From: Paraspadella gotoi
Lineage: Eukaryota > Animalia > Chaetognatha
Direction: 5' to 3'
Assembly (NCBI GenBank): GCA_051294375.1
Contig: CM119270.1
Location: forward strand, 21,881,897-21,945,896
DNA: 64,000 nt
Shown here: piece by piece, positions 39,988 to 57,670 of the stretch
Layout: every line of letters starts with the position of its first letter
How positions within the stretch are numbered: the first letter of the stretch is position 1
The notes under the pieces: model-generated
The model's database searches: none
The model's input: the letters and a program-made list of their open reading frames with translations, nothing else
What the model was told of the DNA's origin: nothing
Program-made: the position numbers and the translations under genes

Positions 39988-40266
39988 NNNNNNNNNNNNN
40001 NNNNNNNNNNNNCCGAGAAGCTCAGTATTTCTAGCTAATCTATTTTTGTATATAGAGAACAAAAAATATTTTTAACTCAATATTTATGATTGCAAATATT
40101 AGACTAAATCCCTTTTTTATCTTTTTTTATCTATATTCTTCCAAAGGAAAAAGCATTTGCCGCCAGCCAACCAAAAAAAATATAAATCCTTGGCGCAGCC
40201 CAACGCAAAGTCGGAAAAACGTGCCCATTTGCCCCTCGCGGCACTGCCGTTCGAGAGAGCAGAGCA

Positions 40267-40299
<33 letters not shown>

Positions 40300-40764
40300 C
40301 GAGCATGAGCAGAGCAGCAGCAGAAAGAGCCCATGAGAAAAAGCTGCAGAGACACAGAGACAGAGAGAAAGAAAGAGACAGAGAGAGAAGATCATAAAGC
40401 CAAAGAAAGAAAGAGACAAGCAAGGAGAGCCCAGACAGAGAGAAAGGCGGGTTTGGACATGACCAACAGATTAAAAAGAGGAGAGAAAAAAGTGGACAAA
40501 AATAGAAGCTCAATTTAGGCAAAACACTCTTTCCTTTCATAGGTTAAATGGAGAGGGAGTGGAAATAAAGCGATGGCGAGCGAGTCAAAGGCGAGAGGCC
40601 AAAGAGAGAGGAGTGTAGGGCGGTTCGGTAGTGAAGAGACATCTGGCGAGAGTAAAAGTCTCTTTTCACTTGAAAGTAAACAAAAAAGTGAACATATAAG
40701 GGATAATGACAACAACGATAAAGTTGCTTTGTTAAAAATCACTGTCTAGTGACTCTTCTGTCGT

Positions 40765-40975
40765 GACCCGGTGGCTCATTGAGTAATAGGTGACCATTAG
40801 GTACCGGGATCAATCCCTAATGGTACTAATCCTGCGGGAAGCGTGAGGACGACCGTAAACTGCCTTGGGGGCGTGGAAAACCCCGAAGCCTGGTTCCATG
40901 CTCAGGACCCGTTCCATGGCTGCGAGATGGGGATAAAGATGTTGCGTATGACACTCTTCTGCTTAATTAGCGATA
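40765..40975 (+). mobile_element. tRNA-derived SINE family A copy
   Basis: GACCCGGTGGCTCATTGAGTAA..GGTACCGGGATCAATCCC..CCTGCGGGAAGCGTGAGGACGACCGTAAAC. Confidence 0.8.
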
Positions 40976-42080
40976 TATTATTTTGATTTGTTACTTAGGA
41001 CTTTTATTTCTTTTTACAGATTTAAAAAAAAGTGAGAAACAAAAGAAAGAAAAGAAAAAAAAGAAAAGAAAAGAAAATAAAATAGAAAAAAAAATACATG
41101 AAAACAAAAAGAAAAAGACAAAAGAACAAAAAAAGAAGAAAAAAAGCTTAGTTTCATCTTTATTTTGATTCTAGACATCGTTCGTGCCTTAAGACCGAAT
41201 GAAAAAAAATCTGAATGTATNNNNNNNNNNNNNNNNNNNNNNNNNNNNNNNNNNNNNNNNNNNNNNNNNNNNNNNNNNNNNNNNNNNNNNNNNNNNNNNN
41301 NNNNNNNNNNNNNNNNNNNNNNNNNNNNNNNNNNNNNNNNNNNNNNNNNNNNNNNNNNNNNNNNNNNNNNNNNNNNNNNNNNNNNNNNNNNNNNNNNNNN
41401 NNNNNNNNNNNNNNNNCTCTCTCTCTCTCTCTCTCTCTCTGATCTCCTGTTTGCTTTCCCGTACGCAAACTCTTTTTCAATTCAAGATAAAAGGAAGAAT
41501 CTTCCACGAGATTCGGATAAACAACGAAAAGAAAAAAAAGAAAAAAATTCCCACATTTACTCGAAATAATCAGGAAGAACCGGCACTATTTTCCAAAAGC
41601 GCCCAATATATGTTCCTTAATCTCTGAATGGACGAGATTTTAAGTCAAAAATCGGAGTTGAGTTATTAAGGAAAAATATCGACAATGAAACTCACGCAGG
41701 AGTAAGAAAGCCAAGAATTCTATCTACAAGAGAACAATCGTTTTACAAGAAAGAGAAAGGGATCCAAGACGCGAGATACAAGACGCCAATGGAACCATAG
41801 TTTCCATCTTCTTGGAAGCTGATTGGTTGATTCCAACCAATCACATGACGACGCTTCTATCAAGTGAGAAAGAGTTTTTGCCTCTTGAATCTTTTTTCTT
41901 TCACGATCTTGTTAGTTTTGCGATGCTAATCTCTAAACCTAATTATTACCCTAAATCTTTATCCTTAACTTAAAAACTAACAAAATTCAAAATATGAAAT
42001 GGGGCGTTCTGAGAACATAAAGCCTTAATTCCAAAATATCCTCGGAATAATCTTGAAGAACCGGTTTCTCTCACACGCAA

Positions 42081-42269
42081 TCTCGTCTCATCTCATCTCA
42101 TCTCATTCTATCTCATTCTATCTCATTCCATCTCATCTCATCTCATCTCATCTCATCTCATCTCATCTTCATCTCATTTCATCTCATTTTTTTCTCATCT
42201 GAACACATTCTCATTCTCATCTCATCTCATCTCATCTCATCTCATCTCATCTCATTCCATCTCATCTCA
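42081..42269. repeat. (TCATC)n pentamer microsatellite
   Basis: Directly visible. Confidence 0.9.
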
Positions 42270-42435
42270 CGCGAGGATCTAAAGCGATATTCCCCCCTAA
42301 AAAAGGAAGGAGAGAGAGAAGCCGCAAAATGAGGCATTTACTGTACGAGTGTACAGTACACGATGTCGTATCTCACAAGAAAGATGCAGTTTACGTCTCT
42401 TTCCGTCGCTTGGTGATCAAAGTTTATCGAACATT

Positions 42436-42496
<61 letters not shown>

Positions 42497-43099
42497 CTTC
42501 TCTATCTTTTTTCTTTCCTTTTACCATCTTTTATTTTAAAGCAAAGTGCCTTTTTCGCCTTAAATGCTTTATTTAATACCTTAATATCAAATACATAATA
42601 CCCTAATACCCTATTACCGACTATTTGATACCCTTATACCCCAAACCTAACCCTTTACGGTATTCGTTTTTCCCTCATATTAAATTAAAGCCTGTAGTTT
42701 ATTTCCTTTGATAGGAACACATTCACTTCCAACTTCCGCCTACAGCATAAACGCAATAAAATCTTTGGCTTTTACAATTCCTCGCGTAACCACTTGCAGT
42801 AAGGAATTACATTCAGATCATATCGTCAAGTTACAGTATTTGGTTCTACCTGCGAGTTATAAACTTTATAGGTTATTTTTCCCCTTTTTATAACATTATT
42901 TTATTTGTTTTAAAATTGTATTTTTATTTTTATTTACAAAACAAAATCTGTCGCCAATTTCTTTATTCTTATTTTTCACGCCGCCTATTTTTTTATTTTT
43001 TTTTAGATTTTTTATCTTTCTTTTTTATCTTTTTCATCTTACTTTCAGACTCTCAGACTTTATTTCAAACTTTCAACGAAAATTTCCTTACAGATTTTT

Positions 43100-43358
43100 G
43101 GGCTCTCTTTCCGAGAGTGCCCTATTTCGTTCGTTTATCACATAATTTAATCTTAACCTTAATATTAAATCTAAAACACTAACGATGAACCCATATTCCT
43201 ATTTCCTAAACCTAACCTTTAACTCTAAACACTAATCGCTAACCCAAATTCCTAATTCTAATCTATAATCTAATCCTTACCTCTAACCTCTAACCTAATC
43301 AAAAATTAACCTAATTCTGAATTTCTGATAAAATGAGGCGTTGTTGCAAAATAAGGCC
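43100..43358. mobile_element. TIR/telomere-like-repeat element, diverged copy
   Basis: GGGCTCTCTTTCCGAGAGTGCCCTATTT ... CCTAAC/CTAATC array ... AATGAGGCGTTGTTGCAAAATAAGGCC (degenerate inverted end). Confidence 0.5.
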
Positions 43359-43749
43359 ATACTTTTTTTCCGAAGATGCTTTTTATTTCCTCTTCCACTT
43401 TGTATTTTTCGACTTTACATTTTCTCCTTTAAAAAAAGTTAGTTTTGCGCCGAAATATTTTTTCAAAATATAAACTTTTTCCGCGTAAAATGTTTTTTTC
43501 CATAAAATTTTAAAACTTTTTTTTGGGAGAGAGTGATAGAGAGAGAGTGAGAGAGAGAGAGAGAGACACCGGAATCATTTTAATGCAAAACAGATGGAAA
43601 ACGTTTTGTTCTTTTTAAATGAAAAAAATTGAGGAAAAAGTCTTTAGAATCGATTATGGCCAATGTCGTCACTCAGGAGAGCAAAGATGATATCGAACGA
43701 GCGAAGATGATAAAGATATTTTATGAAATTAATACAACCAATATAAAAA

Positions 43750-43868
43750 TCATCCATTCATTTAATAATTAAGCTATGCTTCCCCTGACTTTGGACAAGC
43801 TTTGGTGGTTTAAGGCCTTATTGCAAGATAACGACATAACAAGTCCCTGCAAGATTTTAATCAAGACA
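43750..43868 (+). repeat. dispersed repeat family B; inverted copy at 57533-57670
   Basis: AGCTTTGGTGGTTTAAGGCC and CAAGTCCCTGCAAG match the reverse complements GGCCTTAAACCACCAAAGCT and CTTGCAGGGACTTG. Confidence 0.7.
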
Positions 43869-43943
43869 AGACAACAAAAAAAGTATTATAATCTCATTAA
43901 TTTAACCAACTATTCATACAAACAAGAGCAACAATAATCTCAC

Positions 43944-44115
43944 CCACGATGTAGATGACGGAGATTGGCAGTGCGTTACAGTTCGGGCGGTCCCCGTAGT
44001 GACAAGCGAATCCTTCTCTTAAATGTTCTCCTAATTCAGTCAATGATCCAGTTTTGCCGACAGATGGAAGAATGTCGGTCCAAAAGAGGAGACCGACTGT
44101 GATGAAGCCGACAAA
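43944..44115 (-). CDS. CRT-like transporter, exon 6
   Basis: AAACAG|TTT...GTG G|GTGAGA; FVGFITVGLLFWTDILPSVGKTGSLTELGEHLREGFACHYGDRPNCNALPISVIYIV contains the LFW.D.IP..G motif and the Cys-pair loop of CRT-like proteins; phase 0/1 fits both neighbours. Missed by the ORF track. Confidence 0.88.
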
Positions 44116-44321
44116 CTGTTTAAAGGAGGGGGGGGGGAGTTATGGGGTTTTCACAATGAATATAGACTATAATTAAAATTGCCTACAATAAATTAAGCTC
44201 ACTGAATATAGGTGACATTTAATTTAGTCCACTATGAATCGAGCCCACAACGAAACTTTATCCACAATGTAATCAAAACCCGTGGGAATTTTCACTAGTA
44301 GATTTCCGCACAATCGAACTA

Positions 44322-49992
<5,671 letters not shown>

Positions 49993-51709
49993 GCACTCTG
50001 GTGTGAAGTTTCGCCACTTGAACACAAATGGATGAAAAAAGGCGGAAACGAAAGAAATGAAATAAAACAAAAACAGAAAATAAAACAAAACATTAAAACT
50101 AAACAATAAAAACAAAACTGTGCATCGAATCGGCCCTATATACAAATAATATATAACTTATCCATGGGTTTTAATAATATGTTATCTTGCTTTTGTGCCA
50201 GCAAGACTTAAAGCTGCTTCCCTCCGTCCTTACTTCGGTTAAAAGCCTTTCATCCGAATCACGCAAGTCCTTGTAAGGCCTTTTTCAAAGTATTAGTTAA
50301 TTACTCATGGTCAAAATAAACATTAATTATAAATAAAAAAAACCATAACCTAATATTCGAACGATTTAATATCATCACTCATATTAAAACAAAATTATTT
50401 TATTAACACATTTCTCAAAAAGGTTTAAGGGGACCAAGTGAACAGGGGGGGTAAAAAGCTTGAAAACATAGACGTTTGACCCTTTAACTTAACTGGTTCT
50501 GATCACTATAGATTTTTTCTTCATAATCATTTGGGAAATAGTTCAAAGAGAATGTCGATTAAGAATCAGCGAGTTTAATGTATTCTTTAAAAAACGTGCG
50601 TAAGAAAGAAAGATCTTTTTCAAGTTTACCAATTTTTTTCCGTAAAAAAGGTAATCTATATTTTAAAAAGATTTTCAGCGTTTTATCACAAAACATATTT
50701 ATAAGAAAAAAAAGACTAGGAAAATGAATCAACAACTCGGCGGTTATAGAATCGATTGATTTATTCTAAACTTTCTTTTCACATGATTCCTCGTTAATTG
50801 GAATTGAAATATAGAAACTCTTTAGACAGTACACTATAAGTATAAAAGAGAAGAGAAAGATTCTGGTACTTTGTGTTAAATTTTTAATTGTTCTCAATAT
50901 TAGGAATCAATATAGTTAATTATACATTTAAGGGAATGAATATTGAATAGTCTAATTCTAATTATTACCAGTTCTCTTTTGCGTAAGAATAGGAAATTAG
51001 ATTTGCATTGTCTGCTCTTTAAGGTAAAATATAAATATAAAAATATTGTCTTGTAAAGCCTTTGTTTCAATGGCCTGTAAACCTAAAATGTATCAGCTCT
51101 TGTACCAGTAAAAAAATAAAAAATTGGAACTTTTAGTAAACAAATTACTTTACTAATGCAAAAATAAAACTAGGGACGGCAACAATCTATATAAAATATT
51201 TACCGGCCCGGCTAAGGGTTCAAACACAATTTTTTTTCTACCATAAATAATTACAGAATTATTTTGCTATCTCCATACAAGTTAAGCAGACTGGAGAATT
51301 ATTTTGCCACTTTCCCGACTGCAATCAAGAAAAATTACCCTATGTACTATCACCCATTCCAACATTCCCTTGATGTGATAAGACCTTAAGCTTCTATGAT
51401 ATCATTTTTATCACTGGGTCCCCTTAAACCAAAAGAAAGAAAATTTTAACTAGAAAAAAAATTAATGAAAGAATAAAAGCAGAAGGAAAAAAAGATAAGA
51501 AAGAAGGAAAGATAAATAAGAAAAAAAGAAAGAACGAAAAATATAAAGAAAGATAGAAAGAAAAATAGAAAGAACAAAAAATAGAAAGAAAGCTCAAAAC
51601 TCGAACGACGAAAAAAACAAGAAACAGATTGGAAGGAAACAAATAAAAACAAAAAAGAAACAAAAACAAAAAAGTAACAAAAACAAAAACAGTTGTAAAG
51701 ATGAAGTTT

Positions 51710-51792
<83 letters not shown>

Positions 51793-51904
51793 TGCGGATA
51801 GTACTCTTCAGTCCATTTAGCGCTATGTCCACAAATTAATCATGAAATTACCTTCGACCCACACTTCCTTCCCAGCCCCACCCCGTGAACCCACCCAACC
51901 CTAC

Positions 51905-52222
51905 CTGCGACCATCCATAGACCAAAATCATTTCATCGGGAAATAATCTGATCTGTCGCTCGAATATAATATTATTGACAGAGAAGGGAATGAAGGACAA
52001 AGCGTAGACGACCGGCCACAAAGATTGCAGCTGCCGATCGAAGGACGTCTCCACGGGAGTATCCTCCGTCGCCGCGCCGGCCTCCTGCCCCTGCTCCCCG
52101 TGCTGCCGCTGCTCCGGCGGAGTGTCGCTCTGTCGACGAGGTAAGTCGAAGACGGACGGACAGACTGCCACGAAAAGGCCGATCATGACGACGACGACGC
52201 AGAAGAATTGACGAAGACTTAC
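51905..52222 (-). CDS. CRT-like transporter, exon 5
   Basis: TTCAG|GTA...CAG|GTAGGG, 106 codons; VSLRQFFCVVVVMIGLFVAVCPSVFDL...LWPVVYALSFIPFSVNNIIFERQI...VYGWSQ. Confidence 0.88.
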
Positions 52223-52341
52223 CTGAAGGTGAGGTGAGGTCGAAAAAAGAGGTAAGGAGGGAAAGGAAAGGTCGGCTCTGTCTCTCTGTCGATAAGAAGA
52301 ACTCTTTCCTTTTTCGATATATGTTGAGGGAGGTTTACTGA

Positions 52342-52384
<43 letters not shown>

Positions 52385-52389
52385 CTCAC

Positions 52390-52497
52390 TATTTTCTTGA
52401 GTATTATCCATCTCAAAACACAAGTGAATGGTATTCCAAGAGTCCCCAAAATCGGTTGCAAATATTTCGGGGTTCGGGTCGCGAGTCCAGAATACAT
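52390..52497 (-). CDS. CRT-like transporter, exon 4
   Basis: CCCTAG|ATG...ATA|GTGAGT, 36 codons; MYSGLATRTPKYLQPILGTLGIPFTCVLRWIILKKI carries the RTP.YLQ.IL....IPFT...R hallmark of animal/Dictyostelium CRT homologues. Confidence 0.9.
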
Positions 52498-52823
52498 CTA
52501 GGGAAAAAAAATTATCGGAAAATTATTTTAAAATAGAAAATAATGTAAAGAGTATAAAATAAATTTCTATATACTGATTACTGATCACCTGACTAGCCAT
52601 GCTTAAAGAAAGCCTCTCTATTTCTGTCTCACTAAATCATAATATTAGCGAAAATAACATTATAACATTATAACATCATAACATTAGCGAAATTAACTCT
52701 ATGTTAATTGAGTTCGTGTTTAACATTAAATAGACTGACAGTCTCTGACTATAAATGGACTGAGATTTCCCCTCCATTTAAATATTTTTTTTAAAAAATA
52801 GTTTATTCTTTATTTAAAATATG

Positions 52824-52873
<50 letters not shown>

Positions 52874-53344
52874 ATACTGTTAGCAACCAACTTGTCAAAG
52901 ATTTTCAAAAACAAAAAAGATGAGCGGATAACAAACGCAAATCGGAAGTCGAGCAAAAAAGAAAAAAAAAAAGGTTTGGCAGATAGAGAGGGAGAGAAGG
53001 ACGACGACAGAGACAGAGTCAACCAATCTAAGCGTCAAGGACAAAAAAGGGAAGAATTTAAGCGACGGAAAAAAAGACGAAATCCGTTGCACCTGGGAAA
53101 CATTTGGCAAAAACCAAGACCACCTGCAAGAGATTCTGCAAAACATTCTGACAAAAAAAAATGGAAGAAACAAAAAAAAAGTTAAAACAATAACATTATC
53201 GACAATAATCTAGGAATACAAATTAACAACCTCAGTAACTCGATAAAAATATAATATCATGTCACGTCACGTCACTCGCAAAAAATAAAAAAAAAAAAAC
53301 AAAAGATGACAAAAGTTAATCTGGCATCAAACTTCTATAAAAAG

Positions 53345-53363
53345 AATTAGAAAAATCCGATAA

Positions 53364-53401
<38 letters not shown>

Positions 53402-53597
53402 AAATAAAAAAATAAATAATTTAAATACATAAATAAATAAATAAATAAAAAATAAATAAACTAAATAAATAAATAAAATAAATAAATAAATAAATAATAA
53501 ATAAATAAATAAATAAATAAAAAAAAAATAAATAAATAAAAAAAAAACATAAATAATAAATAATAAATAAATAAATAAATAAATAAATAAATTAAAA

Positions 53598-53632
<35 letters not shown>

Positions 53633-53662
53633 ATTAAATAAATAAAATAAATTTAAAAAAAA
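53345..53662. repeat. (AAAT)n microsatellite
   Basis: Directly visible. Confidence 0.95.
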
Positions 53663-53682
53663 CTTACTGCCACAAAAACTCT

Positions 53683-53715
<33 letters not shown>

Positions 53716-53821
53716 AACACACACCACACGCACAATAACCCGCAGCACCTACAATTACCGGGTCCGCCCGCATGGCGCCCAAGTCCCCACGGCCACCGCA
53801 GCCCCCGCCGCCATTGCCAAC

Positions 53822-54032
53822 TGCAAATAGATTCTGCAGACTAATTGACGCCCAGATAGAGCAACACGGATGGCGAAGTCTTGGGTTCCACGTGGATTCG
53901 TTGGCGGCGGCAGAATCGAAGAAAGAGCCAAAGAAGAAATGCGAGGATAGCGAACCAAGCGGAGGAAAGCAGAGTGACCACGTAGAAGTCGGAATGATGG
54001 TTGATCACTTGGTCGTAGACTGGGAGCGAGAC
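53822..54032 (-). CDS. CRT-like transporter, exon 3 (frame break near 53841-53846)
   Basis: CCGTAG|GTC: VSLPVYDQVINHHSDFYVVTLLSSAWFAILAFLLWLFLRF...PKTSPSVLLYLGVN then in-frame TAG. The shifted frame continues SLQNLFA|GTTGGC; an alternative phase-0 donor CCG|GTAATT lies at 53759. Confidence 0.75.
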
Positions 54033-54485
54033 CTACGGGGTGGGGGGGATGGAGATCATAGCGGATGGAATCGGAACCAAGAATGGTCTTTCTGATTGGA
54101 TGAATCATCATTGAAACGGACCAATGAGAAGAGAGGCTTCAAGCCATCGGGATAATCCGATTGTATTGTTTTAATACTGGACCATTTAGAATTGAATCAA
54201 TTCTGCCTCAAATTCTTACTCCATCTCTTGCTTGTGACTTTTCTGTGACTTTTCACTTTTGGTTTCACGTTGAAATCTCTGTCTACTTACTTACATGTGG
54301 TGAGAGGAGTAGATTCGATAGACCAGGACTCACAGAAGTAGAGATAGTGGAGTGGAGAGAAGGTGGAAAAAGTGGAAAGAGGGGGGAAAGTAGGTAATAG
54401 GGAATGGTTAGTGGTCAGTGGTCACGGATAAAAAGGATAAGGGTCATTCTCGCAACGGATTAAAAGAAAAAGAAGAAATAAAGAG

Positions 54486-54576
<91 letters not shown>

Positions 54577-54586
54577 CTGAGCTCAC

Positions 54587-54818
54587 CGTTTGAAGCGGTT
54601 CCCATGGCGATGCAGGCCGTAGCGACGAGGGCTTTCCAGGGCGTGGACACTTCTGCCGAAGACGACGACGCTGACGACGACGACGACGGCGTTGCGCGGG
54701 AATTCGGTTGATGAGAAATCACTGTCGTTAAGAACTTATCTGACCCCGTCAAAGGGGCCGCGCCAGAGCCGGAAGTTGGGGGGCGTGGCATTTGGCAATT
54801 TTTGTTTTTAGTTTTAGT
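54587..54818 (-). CDS. CRT-like transporter, exon 2 (Ser-rich linker plus TM1)
   Basis: ATTAG|ACT phase 0 ...SAEVSTPWKALVATACIAMGT..., donor ACG|GTGAGC; phase mismatch with exon 3 (see findings). The acceptor choice is inferred. Confidence 0.65.
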
Positions 54819-55086
54819 CTAATTAATCTTTTAATTTCTAATTGCTATTTTCATAGATCAGAGAACCAAGATAAGATGAAGCATAACATTAATTATTAAA
54901 GATTATTAAATATTAAAGAAATTCCTTGGAGACGAGAGGCGTATTAATTCGATGAAAGGAATAATTTTAGATTTATTAAAAAGATTTCCTCCTTATCTGT
55001 GTGGCAAACATTACGTTAACTTTTAAAAATAATAAACATTAATTATTTAATTATTTAATACTCAAGGGTCGGATAAGTTCTCTCAC

Positions 55087-55329
55087 CGGTGTTTCCTCTT
55101 CCTCTTCCTCTTCTTCATTATTCACGTTTGCACCGGAAGAAAATTTCCTTCGACGTTCGGTTCCATATTTAGTGGAATCGATTCGATTCCATCCATCGGT
55201 AGAAGCGTTGTTGTTGTTGTTTATGTTGTTGTTTAAGATGCTGATGTTACTGTTGTTGTTGATGTTGTGATCGGCGTCGGACGTCGACATCAATGCTGTT
55301 GATGATTCGTTTAGTTTTTGTCGTTTCAT
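55087..55329 (-). CDS. CRT-like transporter, probable exon 1 (Asn/Glu-rich cytosolic N-terminus)
   Basis: AAAATG start, 81 codons MKRQKLNESS...EEEEEEEETP|GTGAGA, phase 0. Assigned to this gene by position and phase only. Confidence 0.6.
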
Positions 55330-56269
55330 TTTTCCGTTTTCGATTTTTGATTTTTTTGGTTTGATTATTTAAATATTTTTTGGGGGAGTTTAAAATGAAT
55401 ATTCGAGTTTTAATGACAACAAATTTGAACCAATTTTCGTCTCAACTTCATCTTTTGCACTTTTTTTTGTTAATTCAAAGTTTAGTTCATTTTTTTTATA
55501 CAAGTCACTACAGTTTAGGATTTTATTAATTTAATATTTTTCTTTGTTCGAACAAAAATCACGAAAATAAGTTTTTTTTTGCTTCGAGTAAAAATCGAGA
55601 AAAAACTTTAAGAAGTAAACGAGTTTTTTAAGGCGAAGAACGAACAAGAAAATTTGAGTTGAAAATCAGTTGAAAGAGAAAGAGGGAAGTTTATTGAAAG
55701 AAAAAGAAAAAGTTTGAGAGAGAAAGAGAAAGTTGGAAAGAGAAAGAGGGAAATTTATTGAAAGAAAAAGAAAAAGGTTGAAAGAGATAGAAAAATGGTA
55801 GAAAGAAAAAGAGTGAAATTTATTGAAAGAAAAAGAAAAAGGTTGAAACAGATAGAGAAAGAGGGAAAGATATGAAATCTGTGGAAAGTAAAAGAGTTTA
55901 GAGAGAAAGAGAAAAAAAATGAGATTAATGCAGAAAATTCCAAGAGCAGACAGAGAGCGAGACGAATAAAACTAAATCTAGAAGAGAGAAATGTGTTTAA
56001 CTGTTTAACATGAAAAGGTTGTCACTTATTAATATACATACCACTGAAGTGTAGTCATATTTGCGCACAGTTTTGAATCGTTAATTTCTATTTGTAAAAG
56101 GATAACTTTTCAATATTTCTTCATTTCAAATATTTAATGAGTTTACGATGAAAAAATAAAGTCATTAAATAAAAGGTTGGTTAAAATAAAAAATGGAAAG
56201 TTTGAAATCTAACATTTTGAAAAAAAAATGACAGAGCTCCCGGAAAATAACCTGAGCAACTCATTAAGT

Positions 56270-56344
<75 letters not shown>

Positions 56345-57184
56345 GGATATCCTTTCATTCGACACGAATAAACAGCTTTTCTGCACCGAAAGTAAAAAGA
56401 AGTCGGAAACTTACTTAAAATAGTCTTGATTAATTATTTATTTAAGTAGGCAAAGCTAAGCGGAATATTTTATTCCTTTTTTAATATACATCTAAAATTA
56501 TTTTTCGTTCACGTAAAATAAATAAATTTGTTGTTAGTTTTTGAGAAAAAAAATTAGAGATTAAAAATTGAAGTGTTTGACTTTTCTTTTGCCGAAAAAA
56601 AAATATTTTTAACTTTTAAGAAAAGTGAAAATTAAAAATACTAGACGAAATATTTTAAGTTTGAATCCACGAAAAGAAATTTTCTTTCGAACTTGAAAAA
56701 TTTTCAGTTTGGAAAGACATTGTAGAGACTTGCCAACAAATAATTAGTTATTATTATTAGTTATTCTAACTAATACAATAACATGTTATCAAGTATGGAT
56801 GACGGCGATAGCTGGTCGACTTTTACCACAATTACCCCATTTATAATCACTTATTATGAATCAATTATCGGCTGAATAAATATTCAATGAATTGAAGTGA
56901 AAAGTCCAAATAAAAAGTCAAGCTGCACACGTCTTGTCAAATTTGTCAAATTTTGTTGACCAAATATTTTCTTTTTCTATTTTTGTTCTTTTATTTTCTT
57001 TTTCCCGTCAGAAGTCGTCAAGTCAGTTAAACGAATTCAAATATAGAAAAATGTCAATATTACAAAGCGCCAATGAGAGACAAGGAAATTTTTATAATAT
57101 TTTTATTACATATAATGAATCAAATATAAAATTAAATACAGAAAAATATCAAATATTCGATATGAAAATAAAAAATGAACATAC

Positions 57185-57334
57185 CCGTCAAGCACTTGTA
57201 CTGAATCTGCAGGTAGTCGTGATAAAATGACCCACAAGAGAAAGAGTAAGTCTGTTGGTCGATGGGTAAGGAGCAAGAGTTACGTCCGTTGCATTGAGCG
57301 GCTCTGGGTAAGGTCGTGTTCATGATGCAGTCGC
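57185..57334 (-). CDS. SUEL-type (Gal/rhamnose-binding) lectin-domain protein exon (C-half of domain 2)
   Basis: TTTCAG|GC...ACG G|GTATGT; GDCIMNTTLPRAAQCNGRNSCSLPIDQQTYSFSCGSFYHDYLQIQYKCLT has the C.G..SC and YL.V.Y.C SUEL pattern. Confidence 0.88.
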
Positions 57335-57532
57335 CTGAAAGGTAAGGATAATTAGGATCAGGCATCGATGCTGCGTCTTTAAAAGGAAACAGTTGATAAA
57401 ATCTACGTCATCCTCATTATTGTATTTATTGAATTTGCTGCTATGATACTTTAATATATTATATCACTTAATTAATAGGTACGTAAGGTAAGTAAGGTAC
57501 TCTGAGAGTTTATAATCTAGACTGTGAGAGAG

Positions 57533-57670
57533 TATTGATTGAAAACTTGCAGGGACTTGCTAAGTTTTTGTCCTGTAAGAGTGATGGGGGCCTTAAACCA
57601 CCAAAGCTGGTTCAAAGTTACGGGCAAGGCAAGGCAAGGCAAGGCAAGCTTATTTAGTTAATGAATGGAT
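57533..57670 (-). repeat. dispersed repeat family B copy (intronic)
   Basis: Inverted match to 43750-43868. Confidence 0.7.

Noticed and set aside
53821-53849. 29-nt GT-AG micro-intron removing the TAG in CRT-like exon 3
   Set aside because: Weak donor (GTCAAT); the resulting frame ends in phase 2 at the next donor, incompatible with phase-0 exon 4, and it deletes the family-like SLQNLFA.
53755-54111. ORF-track proteins of 107 aa (+) and 118 aa (-)
   Set aside because: Shadow frames of CRT-like exon 3.
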